Part shown: positions 39,339-51,400 of the stretch, piece after piece
Position numbering within the stretch: position 1 is the stretch's first letter
Layout: each line of letters opens with the position of its first letter
Origin: Owenia fusiformis
Taxonomy: Eukaryota
NCBI GenBank assembly: GCA_903813345.2
Contig: CAIIXF020000001.1
Location: forward strand, 46,810,001-46,874,000
Direction: 5' to 3'
Length of the DNA: 64,000 bases
Translations under genes and position numbers: made by a program
Notes under the pieces: generated by a model
Told to the model about the DNA's origin: nothing
What the model saw: only the letters and a program-made list of their open reading frames with translations
The model's database searches: none

Positions 39339-41293
39339 CAGGCCCGTAGCCAGGATTTGCCAAGGGGGGGGGGGGGGGGGGGGGTTCAGTTTTCAAAAAT
39401 TTCCAGGGGGGTTCACATTAGTTCAACGTCGTTAAACTCAATAACGGCGTTCTTTACTATTAGGAATTTTCTTGGGGCCGTTATTGAGTTTAACCTCTTT
39501 GCTATTCTTTCCTTTGATGCAAGTTCTGGATCCATCGAAACCATTTTGCCGCGATAACGTGCAATTGATACTTGACAATAATATAAAAACACATAACATC
39601 AAGCGATTTAACACAATATTATTGCGTTAAATGTTCATTTATACTTGTAAAATGAGGCTACACTTACCGATCTCTAAAATGACATTTCCGCATGTCCGTC
39701 ATTGTGTCTGTTCGTCCGAGTGTCCCGGATCGTAAAATTAAACTACTAGCGAAACGAAATTGTTGTCAAATAGATTGTTAATTATTATCGCGATAAATCG
39801 CATCAAAAGATAAATTTTGAGGATAGCAGGTATCTTTGATTGATTTATATAGCGCGTGTATACACGCAAAATAGTTATTAATTGCAAACCTACTGTTTGT
39901 AAATGCAGTGCCGCGATGACGGTTAATTGCTGATACGATTTGCAATTTCGATGTTACCGAACTGACCGACATTTTCGTTATATTCCAAACCTGTCTCCAA
40001 TATTTCCGTAATTATGCATCAATAGGGTCTAAAGGGGATACGGGATGGTGTGTATGTATTCATAAGGTATGTATGCATGCTTGAATCACATTGTGTGTAA
40101 TATGACCATGGTTTCAGGGTTTAATTCTTAAAATCGCGGATTCGGTAGTATTGAATCTCTAATAAAGATGGCGCGAAAGTTTTTCCTTATAAGGTCAAAA
40201 TATTTCCCATGATGCAGTTCGCGGGGGAACAAAATTTTTCTACCTTGTTTTTCCCCGTTGGTTTAACATGGGGATTTTCATACCCATTTTTCAAGCGATA
40301 TTTTCGATCGAATCTCCATGCGATCGGAGAAAACAAACTATCAGAAACAATTAGTCTTTTAATAATCTTTATATAACATATATTTTTTTTCATTTTATTG
40401 GCTCCTAACGGGGTGAAAACAATGATTGAAAATGGGAGTATATTCCGGAAGAGAAGAAGTCACGTGACTAGTCGCCATATTGGAAAAAGCAATTCCATTC
40501 GACTTTCAACACGTTCATGCCAATATTACCGCACTACAAACTGTAACATCGATGCAACAACTGAATAAAAGTACTCATCTTCATATTACATTATAGAGTT
40601 ACGTTGAAAACCCACAAACAACTGAGCATTTGACCAAAGAAGACACGTCGCTATTATCTAGGTCAAGTTTAGTGGTTCGAAAGCAAATCTTACATACTCG
40701 TTTCCGAATTTTGTTGTTAATTGTATAATCTTTTATTGATTAAATCTGGTATACTGACTATTAATTCAATGACAAAGAAGAAGAATTCCGATGGTGTCAT
40801 TTTTTTATTTAGCTTGCGGGTGTAAAAACAAAATTGCGTAATTAATTTGATTTAGAACTTTCGGGTCTCACAAATAGCTACACGAAATGCATCGTTGAAA
40901 AATATTGACCAATCAAATTTTGTCCTTTTTGAGTACATATATGCACCATATATGCGAACGTTCTGATTCAAAGAGCGAACAGCGAAATGGAGAATTAGTT
41001 CCGCTTGTCGAAACCTGCTGAACGATTAAATTAACGCATCAAGGGCAAAATGAGCATGGAGGTTAGACCTAGCCGGGGCCATAAGACATGTCAGATAAGA
41101 AACGAGGCCCAGGCTAGGTCTAATGTTGTTGGACTAGGTTCACATTTGACAATTTTGGCCCAAATATGGCTAAAATCACAAGAGAAGTGCTCAAAATGGT
41201 GAAAACTGCATGATTTTGACTGAAGAATTTTTGGCCAGGGGGGGGGGGGGGGTTCGCCCGAACCCTGCGAACCCCCCCCTGGCTACGGGCCTG
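39339..41293. mobile_element. ~1.95-kb hAT-like non-autonomous element with a 5-bp TSD
   Basis: AATAC|CAGGCCCGTAGCCAGG … CCTGGCTACGGGCCTG|AATAC, with poly-G tracts near both ends. Confidence 0.6.
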
Positions 41294-44200
41294 AATACCA
41301 TACACGATCCAATAATACCAAGCCATATTTTCCAATCGTTCAGTGTAGTTAGTGTTCATCGGCTTCAGTTCGTCTAGTGCAATCAATCAAACATTCCCCG
41401 GCTAGCATCGATTGCACCTTACATGTGAGCAAAGATACACACGTATCACATTTAACAGACAGACCACTGTTAGATCAATCGTTAAAGGACATATATATGC
41501 ACATATAACAATCATAGCGTGGTGAAAATAAAAAATAAAACAAAGTAAAAATGAAGTAAATATAAGGTTATTCTGTTCTGTTTTTTCGTTGAAATCCGTT
41601 GACAATCTGTTCACAGGTTAGCTATCCCATTACCTTTCGGGTGTGAATCTTATTAAAACATCTTTTGGATTATGGCGACTGCTTTGCGAATGGATGTTAA
41701 CCCTTTGAATTGCCTTTGGACTTCGAGACTGGATTTCATCTATCCCTCATCATTTGAGACTTAATTCTCTCTTACTAGTACTATACAGTATCTATGAACA
41801 ACTATGTTTGATGTAATGAGTATTGGCCATGATGTCTTCGATTTCAATGCACCCCAAATAAAAGATTTCTTTTCAAATATCATTTCACTGTCTGCTCAGG
41901 AAAAATGAGCGAAATACTTATCTAACTAGCGACGGCATTTTTCATTTCTCAGGAATTAATCCGTCAGAATTCACTGAAATTGCCAGCAAAAGGACGTATT
42001 TTTGAGACTAATTAGTCTTTTATTCAAAAGTCTCCAAGAATAACACTCTCAACTCGTTAAACTCCGATTAGCTGAAATATATCTGTTTCATAACGGTATG
42101 GAAGGAAACGTTTATTATCAAGAATTGAATGTACTTTTAACATGTAATTATTGTGCACGAATCTGTGACAGTGATACAGAGCAATCAACATGTCAGCAAT
42201 CACAACGCTTTTGATGGGCAGTCATATTCATTCATGAATTATAAGTAATACCTACTTCTAAAATACAAGTAGAGCAATTTTTTGCATCATCACGTTACAG
42301 TCGGAAATTAGAGAACTATGTATTGATTTACAAAAAAGGCCATTGTCGAAAAAGTTATTCAGGTATATATTCTAATGCGCATTGATTTTGGGCGTCTCAA
42401 AATTGCTGTAACGATGTAATGGCTTTGGAGTCATTGTTTGTCGAATAAAGAATATGTTGTTGACGTTCTCTGTTATTTCCGCTGGCACTCATTCAAACAT
42501 TCCATCTAAATCCATGAGTAACTAAATTGTTTTGTTCGCATTTTTGCATGTTTGCATTTTTGCGCTTATGATTTGCTATGTTCAATGCTTTTTTCTCCCC
42601 ATGCTCATCATTTGCAAGCAATATTGAAATGTTCAATTTTGAAGTCTCATCGTAAAATGTGAAAATGTTTTTAAAGATACTATGTTTGGTAATTAAATAA
42701 AATGCATACTGCACTGTAATATTTCGGTGAAACATAAAAAGTTCATCATTTTTAATTGGGAACAGGTCCAATTAGGCTAGGACAATAACTTATCTTAATG
42801 CTATACCACCTGTCCTGTAGTAGTTTGGTTTACACAGTCTAAGCTTTCGCATCTTGGGGAAGTCAGACGCTTAGCCGCCCAACCCCTTCGCCCCCTTAAT
42901 AGGGGGTATCGGGTGGCCTGGACCCCGGAGGCGACTATCTATGTCATCACTCGGCCCCTAGGGGGCTATTGTCCCAAAGATTAATGATTATATAAGGTTG
43001 CATAATCAGGATTATGCGCTTTCATTGCGTAACATTATCTCATGGTTACGTATTCGGTTATTTTGTATACAATTACGCAAGCTCTATTTCGATAGATAGC
43101 CGTGTCCCCATGCCAAAAACATTTTGTAAAATGTTTCATATTTATATAACATAGAGGTTTACACATGTTCTTTGGATATGAATGGCCAATAGATTAGTAA
43201 ATGGATCAATGTAAAGGATCGGAGTTTCTGAGAAATTGGAAATCATCGTAATATAATCCTGTTTTTAAGTTAGTGAGGGAAATAACCCAACATGACCCGA
43301 TCAACCATGGCCATATCTTCATGTAAAGATTAGCTTTTATTGAAAAAACACATTTATTGATCACATCACTAAAAACAAAATGATTTAGGAATATGTTTAT
43401 GTCGATTGATATCAGAACGGTGGGTAGAATTTCGAAACGAAAGTGGGGCGTGAAAAAGAAAAGTACTAAGAATCTCCTCTTCCAAGGAGGATTGGATCCT
43501 AAGGACGCAACTCAATATTTTCCAACAATGAATCCGATCTTGAAGGATGTCGTGATTTTCACCTCAAATTTTGATTTGCGAGTTTTGGTTTTATTACATA
43601 GCAAAAAGATTAAAAACACACAAGTAGTGATCAAGATATTAGGTCGAATCTTTTGGATTGCTGATAGTTTTATTACCAGTTTTATATCAGACAATGACAA
43701 CAATCTGACGTTTTCTTTGTTGGTAAATATCGAGATTGCATTCTGGGATCCATCCTCCTTGTCCTCGAACAATTTAATTTTAATGTAGTTACTCTTAATT
43801 TTCTCTCGGGTTACTCTGTGACAAAAACAGAAAGATTTCAATAACCCATTATTAAGTCACTACCATAAGTGACATGTTATAGTCTCAAACTTTTTTTGTG
43901 GACGGTGTTTGGTGTCCAGTGGTTGGTATTCGACGTTCTGCGTCTGTAACAAATGTAATGTGGTGACATTTGCATGTTAATGCTTTGTTTTCAGATTAGA
44001 ATTGAGCCCAGTTAATACTAGTCTCGGTTTCAATATATTGGCAAATCATTACGTTACTTGGTAACTTCATTTCATTATAAGCAGCTTATGAGAGTGCAGG
44101 GTTATAAAATCCAGATTATGCAAAGGTGGAAGGAATTATTAGTTAAAGGGATAATCACACAAAACATGGACATGGATTTACAATTGAATCTAAGTTCCAA

Positions 44201-45420
44201 CTGAAAAAGATTTTTTGGCCTCTAATGCACGACTAAACGTAAACTTCTCTGGGTCTATCTGTTCCTAAGGCAATCGCGGCACAGAAAAAAATTCGTCAAG
44301 TTTCGTATATAGATGGAGTAAGTTGCAGGTCTGATATTTTGAATTTTTGGGCTTTTATCGTTAGTAAACAGCAGCAGACTTGGTACGAAGATATCCCAGT
44401 ATTTCTTAATTTTAAAACATCAGATCCAAGCAAAAGCCATAAGATATTCTACCTTTAAATAATTTCATCACTTCAGAAGGTATAATTAACGAACAGTATA
44501 AGGTCTTTGTTATAACTGACATTGTACTTTATTAATAGTTTATTATCTTGTATTGATGAAATCCGAACAATGCTTTTAGCGTAATAACATCTCACCTACA
44601 AAAGTAATCTATGAAAGTATCTGGCTATTCAAAAGTTCATAATTGAAACACTGACATAAGTATATCACAATCTCATTAGTATACTTAGAGTGTCTTTATT
44701 ATCGATATTTCTCTATGACACGGGAATTACCTGAACTTAAATTACCAATAGGTTAAAGGACAATGCTCAGATACCATTGGGGGTCGGGTAAAAGCATCAA
44801 TATTCGTCAAGATATTGAATAATTTCGCTATCACCCCTCTTTTGATGTAATATCAAATACAGACTTCACAACCTTTATATTAGTCCCCCCATTAGCACAT
44901 TTTGTTAAAACAATGTGGTTGGACGATATTAAACATAACCAGACAAAATTATTTACAGATGATTGATGGGCTGGCTAACTGGCTAATGGTGCTACTTATT
45001 CCTACAACGCAGTGTTCTAATTTTACTAATTAATTTTAAATAAAACCTGCATTTGGTTTGTTTTCGTGGAATGTTTCATCATTCAGTGATACAAATATAA
45101 TTAAATACAACTTAACCAGTTAACTTGTTCAATTGACCTGATAACCAACTGCATAATATAAAAAAACTGGTATTTACACATGATTATTTACAATATATAC
45201 AATGAGAATTGCCCTTAAGTACTTACGCTTAATACGTTCTCAATAATGGCGCTTAATAAAAATAGAATTTAATATAAATAAGTGCTTAATACAAAATAGA
45301 AGTGCACGTCAAAGAATGATAATGCGATGGTTATCGCAATCGATGTTTTTTAACCATAAATTATCAGGCGAACTTCTGGTATCTTATTCAATACCGATAT
45401 GCGATATCTATTTGAACAGT

Positions 45421-48400
45421 TCAAAAGCTTTCAGGCAAAGATGTTTGGACTTGAGCACCCTCGTTTCCTAGCATTGACGTCATGGCGGCGGAATGTTCAC
45501 GTGATCTCTGACGTAACGCTTCAATGCTGACATCAGCAGTATATAGTCTATCTGTATTAACTGTACTGGCGTCAGCAGTATGGTTGTTTCCTGGAACACA
45601 AGGGTATGATTGATTACCAATAGGACACAACTCCCTATACTCACTTTCGGATCTAAACGGGGGGGGGGGGGGTAGGTGCATTAGACTTTGAGCCCAGAAG
45701 AATGGCCTTTTACGGAAAAATACGTCTCTGTTTCTCCAAAAGTAAAAGTAAAGTAACATGGATTGCATGATATCAAACGGCAGTGTGGTTTTATTCGATG
45801 AAGACTAAAAATATCGATTTCAACATCCAACATATAGAAAAATAAGTTAACGGGCGTTACTTCTCCCGTTACTGCCCAGTATATACGTTTGCTGCAAAGT
45901 GTTCACTTTTCAAAGCTGAGTTGACTTGGGCAGTGTAATTAAAGTTATGTCTGATTAAGGAATAATTAAAGTATTTGCAGATTTGTTGTACCTACCCGAG
46001 CTAAACTGGCCAGTGTACGAGTGTAGAGAGGTCTTCAGGTCGGGGTATGGTGGAGACGCTTGGTTGGACTGGGGCATGGAGTGGTTCAGTTGACCCCACA
46101 TGGAAGCTGACGTAACGTTGTTTCTCACGGACGCCTGGAGCAAATCAAGAAAGGATGTGATAATTAAGGTTATCATTATCCATAAACAATTTTATTTCTT
46201 CATTATTCTCATGATGCCATCTATTGATTGATTCAAAGTTTTAATGAAACATATTTTTCGTGATTGGAAGTTATAGACCTCTATCTATCCATATTTCACA
46301 TTTTCAATATACACAAAATACCCTTTTGAATAAAATTTTGCAATTAAATATAAATGTTGTGCTGCTCTATTCCATGGCGTCGCCTGTAAAATATCAACTG
46401 ATGTTGGTTTAGTGACAAGGCAAGGAGGAATGGCTCCCAGGGACGCAACTCGATTTTTTCCAACAATGAAAATGTCCGAATGTTTTCTGTCATTATAACT
46501 GATCGATAAATTCATAATCAACTGTCCAAAGATTTGAACCAATATCTGTTTGGAAATAAGACTAAAACTCGTCATTCTATTCTGAAGTAAACAAAACGAT
46601 GGCTGTTTGAATTCCAATTTCGTAATCATGACATACACTCCCCTCCATAAGTTTGGCAACCTTTTTTCCCCATTGAACTACGTGTTAAAGCCTCTTTACG
46701 TTTGAATTTTTATTTACTTAACCGGCGATGAAATAACTTATAATATTAATGGAAACGTAACTTGACTTTATTTCCAATACCTCCAAATTTTCTCATTTTT
46801 TTTCCTCAATTACAATAGGTCGAAAATTGATGATAAATTTGATGAATTTTTGAAAATCGTCATTCCCATGTAATCCAATGGGAAATGGAGGGTTCGGGGC
46901 AAATCAGAAATCATGATATCTTTTCAGTAAAAAATTCAGCAAAAAATATTTTTATATAGAAAATTGAATTTTCTTACTTTTTTGAACACTAAGTGTTTAG
47001 TTTATTTGATGAATATTAAAGTTAAAGCGCTTCAAAGTCATTTTTGAAAATAATTTTTCGCCTCCTGTGTTATTTCAATGGGAGAGGTTTTTTGAAAAAC
47101 AATTTTGACTTTAAAGCCCTATAACTTTGTTGAACCTGAAGAAACATATCAATTTTTTGTTAAATAAAGTTAGCAAATTCAATTACCTGCCTAACTCGTA
47201 TTTTTGCAAGGACTCGGATGGATGGATATTCTGTCATATGACTTGCGGCAAACCTACCATTTCCCATTGGTTAACATGGGAATGTCGATTTTCAAAAATT
47301 CATCAAATTTATCATCAATTTTCGACCTATTGTAAATGAGGAAAAAAATTGAGAAAATTTGGAGGTATTTGAAATAAAGTCAAATTACGTTTCCATCAAT
47401 AGTATAAGTATTTTCATCGCAGGTTAAGTAAATAAAAATTTAAAGGTAAAGAGGCTTTAACACGTAGTTCAATGGGGGAAAAAAGGTTGCCAAACTTATG
47501 GAGGGGAGTGTATCCACATATGGCAGAATATCGAGCTAGAACTCTGGGAGCCAGTCCTCATAGGTTTAGTGATAAGTAAATACACTTGTAATTTATAGAT
47601 GTCTCACCTGTGTCATGTACTGTTCGGTGTATGAGGGGAACATCTCCGAAGTGTGACGTGGCAGTGGCTGGTTTAGTAGCGACCCCGACCGGTAGAGACT
47701 GTTGTTTGTATCTATTGAAAATATAAATATACTATCTTAGACTTTTTAGGATTAAGATCTCAAAGATTTCACTGGTTCACATAATTAGCTTTATCACTCT
47801 TCTTGATTAATATTAGCTGCCAAATAAGGATAGAAGTTAGACAATCACTACGGATGAACTACTGAGATATATTTCACAGGGGATACTTTATCTCGGTGTT
47901 CAGATAGTTGTCAAAAATGTTTCTTTTTATACACCCATAATCGGCCCATTGGCTTTGTTTTTAATACAGCAATTAATATTTGATATTAGTTACCTTGTGG
48001 CTGAAATGTATAACTGGGTTCAGCTGGTGTCGGCAGATATTGAAGGTTCATTCCAGGTATTCCCATACTGGGGTAGAAGCCATTCAGGGCAGAAATCTGG
48101 CTACTGCCAACCTGTTTGCGCCATCTAGCCCGTCTGTTACTGAACCATACCTAAAAAGAATATAAACGATTTAACGTTTTTACTCGGTAACAGTAAAAAG
48201 AATGGGCCACATGCCATGACGTACTTTATGACGATGATGTTTTGGAACCAAGGTAACTTAGGATTAAGACGCTTATCATTGTTGATCTTGAAATCGTAAG
48301 TTACGATGGTACCAAAAAGACCATACATTCGGGTTATTAAATCGATAGCCTTGATGAAATGATACATTTTGATCAAAGGATCGTTGATTTTGTGGACACA

Positions 48401-51400
48401 GTCAGTCAGAACAACATACACCAACTTCAATGGGAAGATCCTAACAGAGGAATCAGCGATCTTTTATAATTAGTCAACTGAACACTAATTAGTCAATTAA
48501 ACCTATATATTGTGACCAAAGTCCGTCAGACTGTGTGACACCGTAAATGAACTAATCAAAAAGTTTAGACATAAGGGTCGGCCATTTATAGTTTCACCAT
48601 ATTCCATCAGAGCAACGCTTGTAAATCAAATAATTATACCGTAAATAGTTATGTAACCTACTTGTACTCTTGCCTCTGTAAGCTTTGTTCTCTGCGCCAA
48701 CTCCTCTCTTGTGAAGATATCGGGGTAATGTGTCCTCTCGAACGCCTTTTCCAAGACCTCGATCTGCTCTGCCGTAAATGTTGTACGACTCCGGCGTTGC
48801 TTTCTTTCTAGCTTTAGTCCAGGCTCACACTCGGTATCAGAATCAACGTCAGAATCTGCAGTTAAAATCAAAAGTGGTTGAACTTTTTTGTCTTTCTTTG
48901 TTTGGGAAGAACCATTTACTCATGATGATGGAGCAGTGGTATAGATGACAATATCATCTGTGAATTTATATATGGGAATCCAGGGGCGGATCTGGGAATC
49001 AACAGGGGGGGGGGGGGGCAAATTTCAGGTCTGAGAGAAAACTTGAAAAATTTTGGGCCCCTAAAACCAAAAAGTGGGCCCGAATTGTGAAATTTTGAGG
49101 CCCACTTTCTTCCCTAAAACTAAAAAATAAGGCCTTAAAAAGCCCAAGGGAGGGGGGGGGGCTGGCTTTTAAAAAAGCAAAATAGAAAGTGTGAGAGGAA
49201 TACATCCATCCTGGTCTAAAGGTAACTTCAATTCATCCCATCATGAGCTGGGACAATGAAGCCCGATTTTGAAGAATCATTATTGCTACATATAATATTT
49301 GTACCTATGTCTGGATTCCAGTTTACGATAGAATAAACTCAATTTTCTTAACTGCCATACAAATTGCAAAACATTAATTCACTGTTAATATTTCATTGAA
49401 ATCATTGTGTCATAGTTTGTATTCTGTCTTACATGAAATATACAAAAACGATTTACAAAAAAAGTTTTTACAAGTTCATATCCTTATTTTATATTTTGCA
49501 ATTCTAATCAAAATTAAGAATGCACTTGGTATTTTCTTTCTCAGGAACTAAACCATTACTATGTTTAATTCATTTCACCTAAACATATTATTTATTAAAA
49601 ACAACACATCACAATCCTTGGGCTTTGTATGTGTACAGCCCAGACAGTTGTATCAAAAAAATTATAACATTACATATATTTATAGTCCGGTTAAAATAGA
49701 AAAGTCGCCAGCGACGAACAGAAATATTCAAGTCAATAAAGTTGAAATTGACAACGTAATAATGTATTTCAACTTCATAGTTCCCTTGGGTCAATTGGCA
49801 ATTCAATTTTTGACAATTGTAATAATGTATACAAGCCATTCATTATTAATATTTTGAATAAAATAATATCATCATACGGTAAGTTTGATTTCATTATTGA
49901 GCTGAGAATAAGCCTAATCGGATCGCGTATCCAGCAAAACGATTTTACGCAATCGAATGTATAAATGTATTAACCATTTAACAATAACTTACTGGTCCTT
50001 ACTTCATAACTCGAGGTTTCAGAAACGGACAACTACGATTGTGAACAATACTCTAGACATAAGATACGACTTTTGGATAAAACTGATTCATAATCATGCG
50101 AGAGACTCTGCAGATTTACAATTCTGATTTAAGAAAGAAATGACAAGTGAAGAGTCATTGTAAAATTCCTGAAATTATTTTTCCTCGTAAAATGAAGACT
50201 TTAATCAGAAAATGTTGACTTGATATCATACATTGAGGGCTTGATGTTCTTATTAATTTCTGTGAATTTTTAATGCATGCTTACATGGTGGGATAAGCAA
50301 CAAGGAGGGAGCTCCAGTCAATTCCTCAGGTTGAACATTGAAATTTAATGCGGCATAACTAACATATTCCGGGCCATATTAATTCATAACTGAATGAGAA
50401 TAAAATAACAAACTATAGCAAATGCTAGAAAGCCAAACCTAATACTTCGTTTAATTTCACGATAATGTGATTCATTTGTAAATGTGCATTAAACATTCTT
50501 TTTTCAAAGATTACTGTAGTTCATATACATAATTGGGTTGACAAAAATATAATTGTGAAACCTACACAATGATCTGGAAAGAAAAGAATAATCAGTTTGA
50601 CTGGAGTTAATAAAAATGCAATAAAAGACTTTTGAAAAGGAAACCGTGAAAGTCAATGAAAAGCGCATCTCATTGTGAATGCGGCATATGAAGTCAATTT
50701 CGTTTTTATATACTGTTAACTGGACCGAACTTTGATGCATTCACAAGGAGCCTATCATCACTAATTGTCTGCCATCATAAATATGAATAATGTTTTTAAA
50801 GAAATCAAATACATAGGTTTTGAAAGTAGTGATATCTAAAGACAACGCCCTGTCAATGAAACATCTTAATTAATTTAGAAGAGATGAAACTACAATAGCT
50901 CAACGCATTGTTCAAGAAGAACACTTAGGAGTTGGGACCAATGAAACATATGCTCGTTGAAACAATTAAATTAAAGTCATGAACACGCTTATTTGCACTG
51001 CTCAATAAAATAATTTTATTAAAATGTAAAGGGTGTCAAAGAGTAAATGAATTTGAGGGATCCCTGTTGCTAACAAGTCATTACAGACTAAAATGGACTT
51101 CTGCCTATTTATAGTCAGTTCATATTTATCACTTGGTGCTTTAATGTCATTGTCCGGTAATGATATTTTTATTAGCTTCATGTTTTGTCGGTATATTCAA
51201 TTTTCTGACCACAGATACGTCCCTAATACTGACATCGTCTGGAAATTTGTCTCGATCTCTAGATAACTAAACATGGATATATAAATCAAGTGACACTTAC
51301 CCAATTCTGTTTTTTCACTACGTAGAATGCCATCAATTGAATGATCTGGGGTTATTGTAACGTCGTTCTCGTCACTCGCGTTGCCGTCATCTTCAACGCT

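Noticed and set aside
43393..43841. Overlapping 131-aa and 109-aa ORFs
   Set aside because: They overlap a dispersed repeat and show no recognisable motifs or splice support.
45591..45804. Possible extra Pax3/7 exon within ORF 45421-45768
   Set aside because: The acceptor at 45804 is phase 0 while the preceding donor is phase 1; the sequence is low-complexity and not Pax-like.
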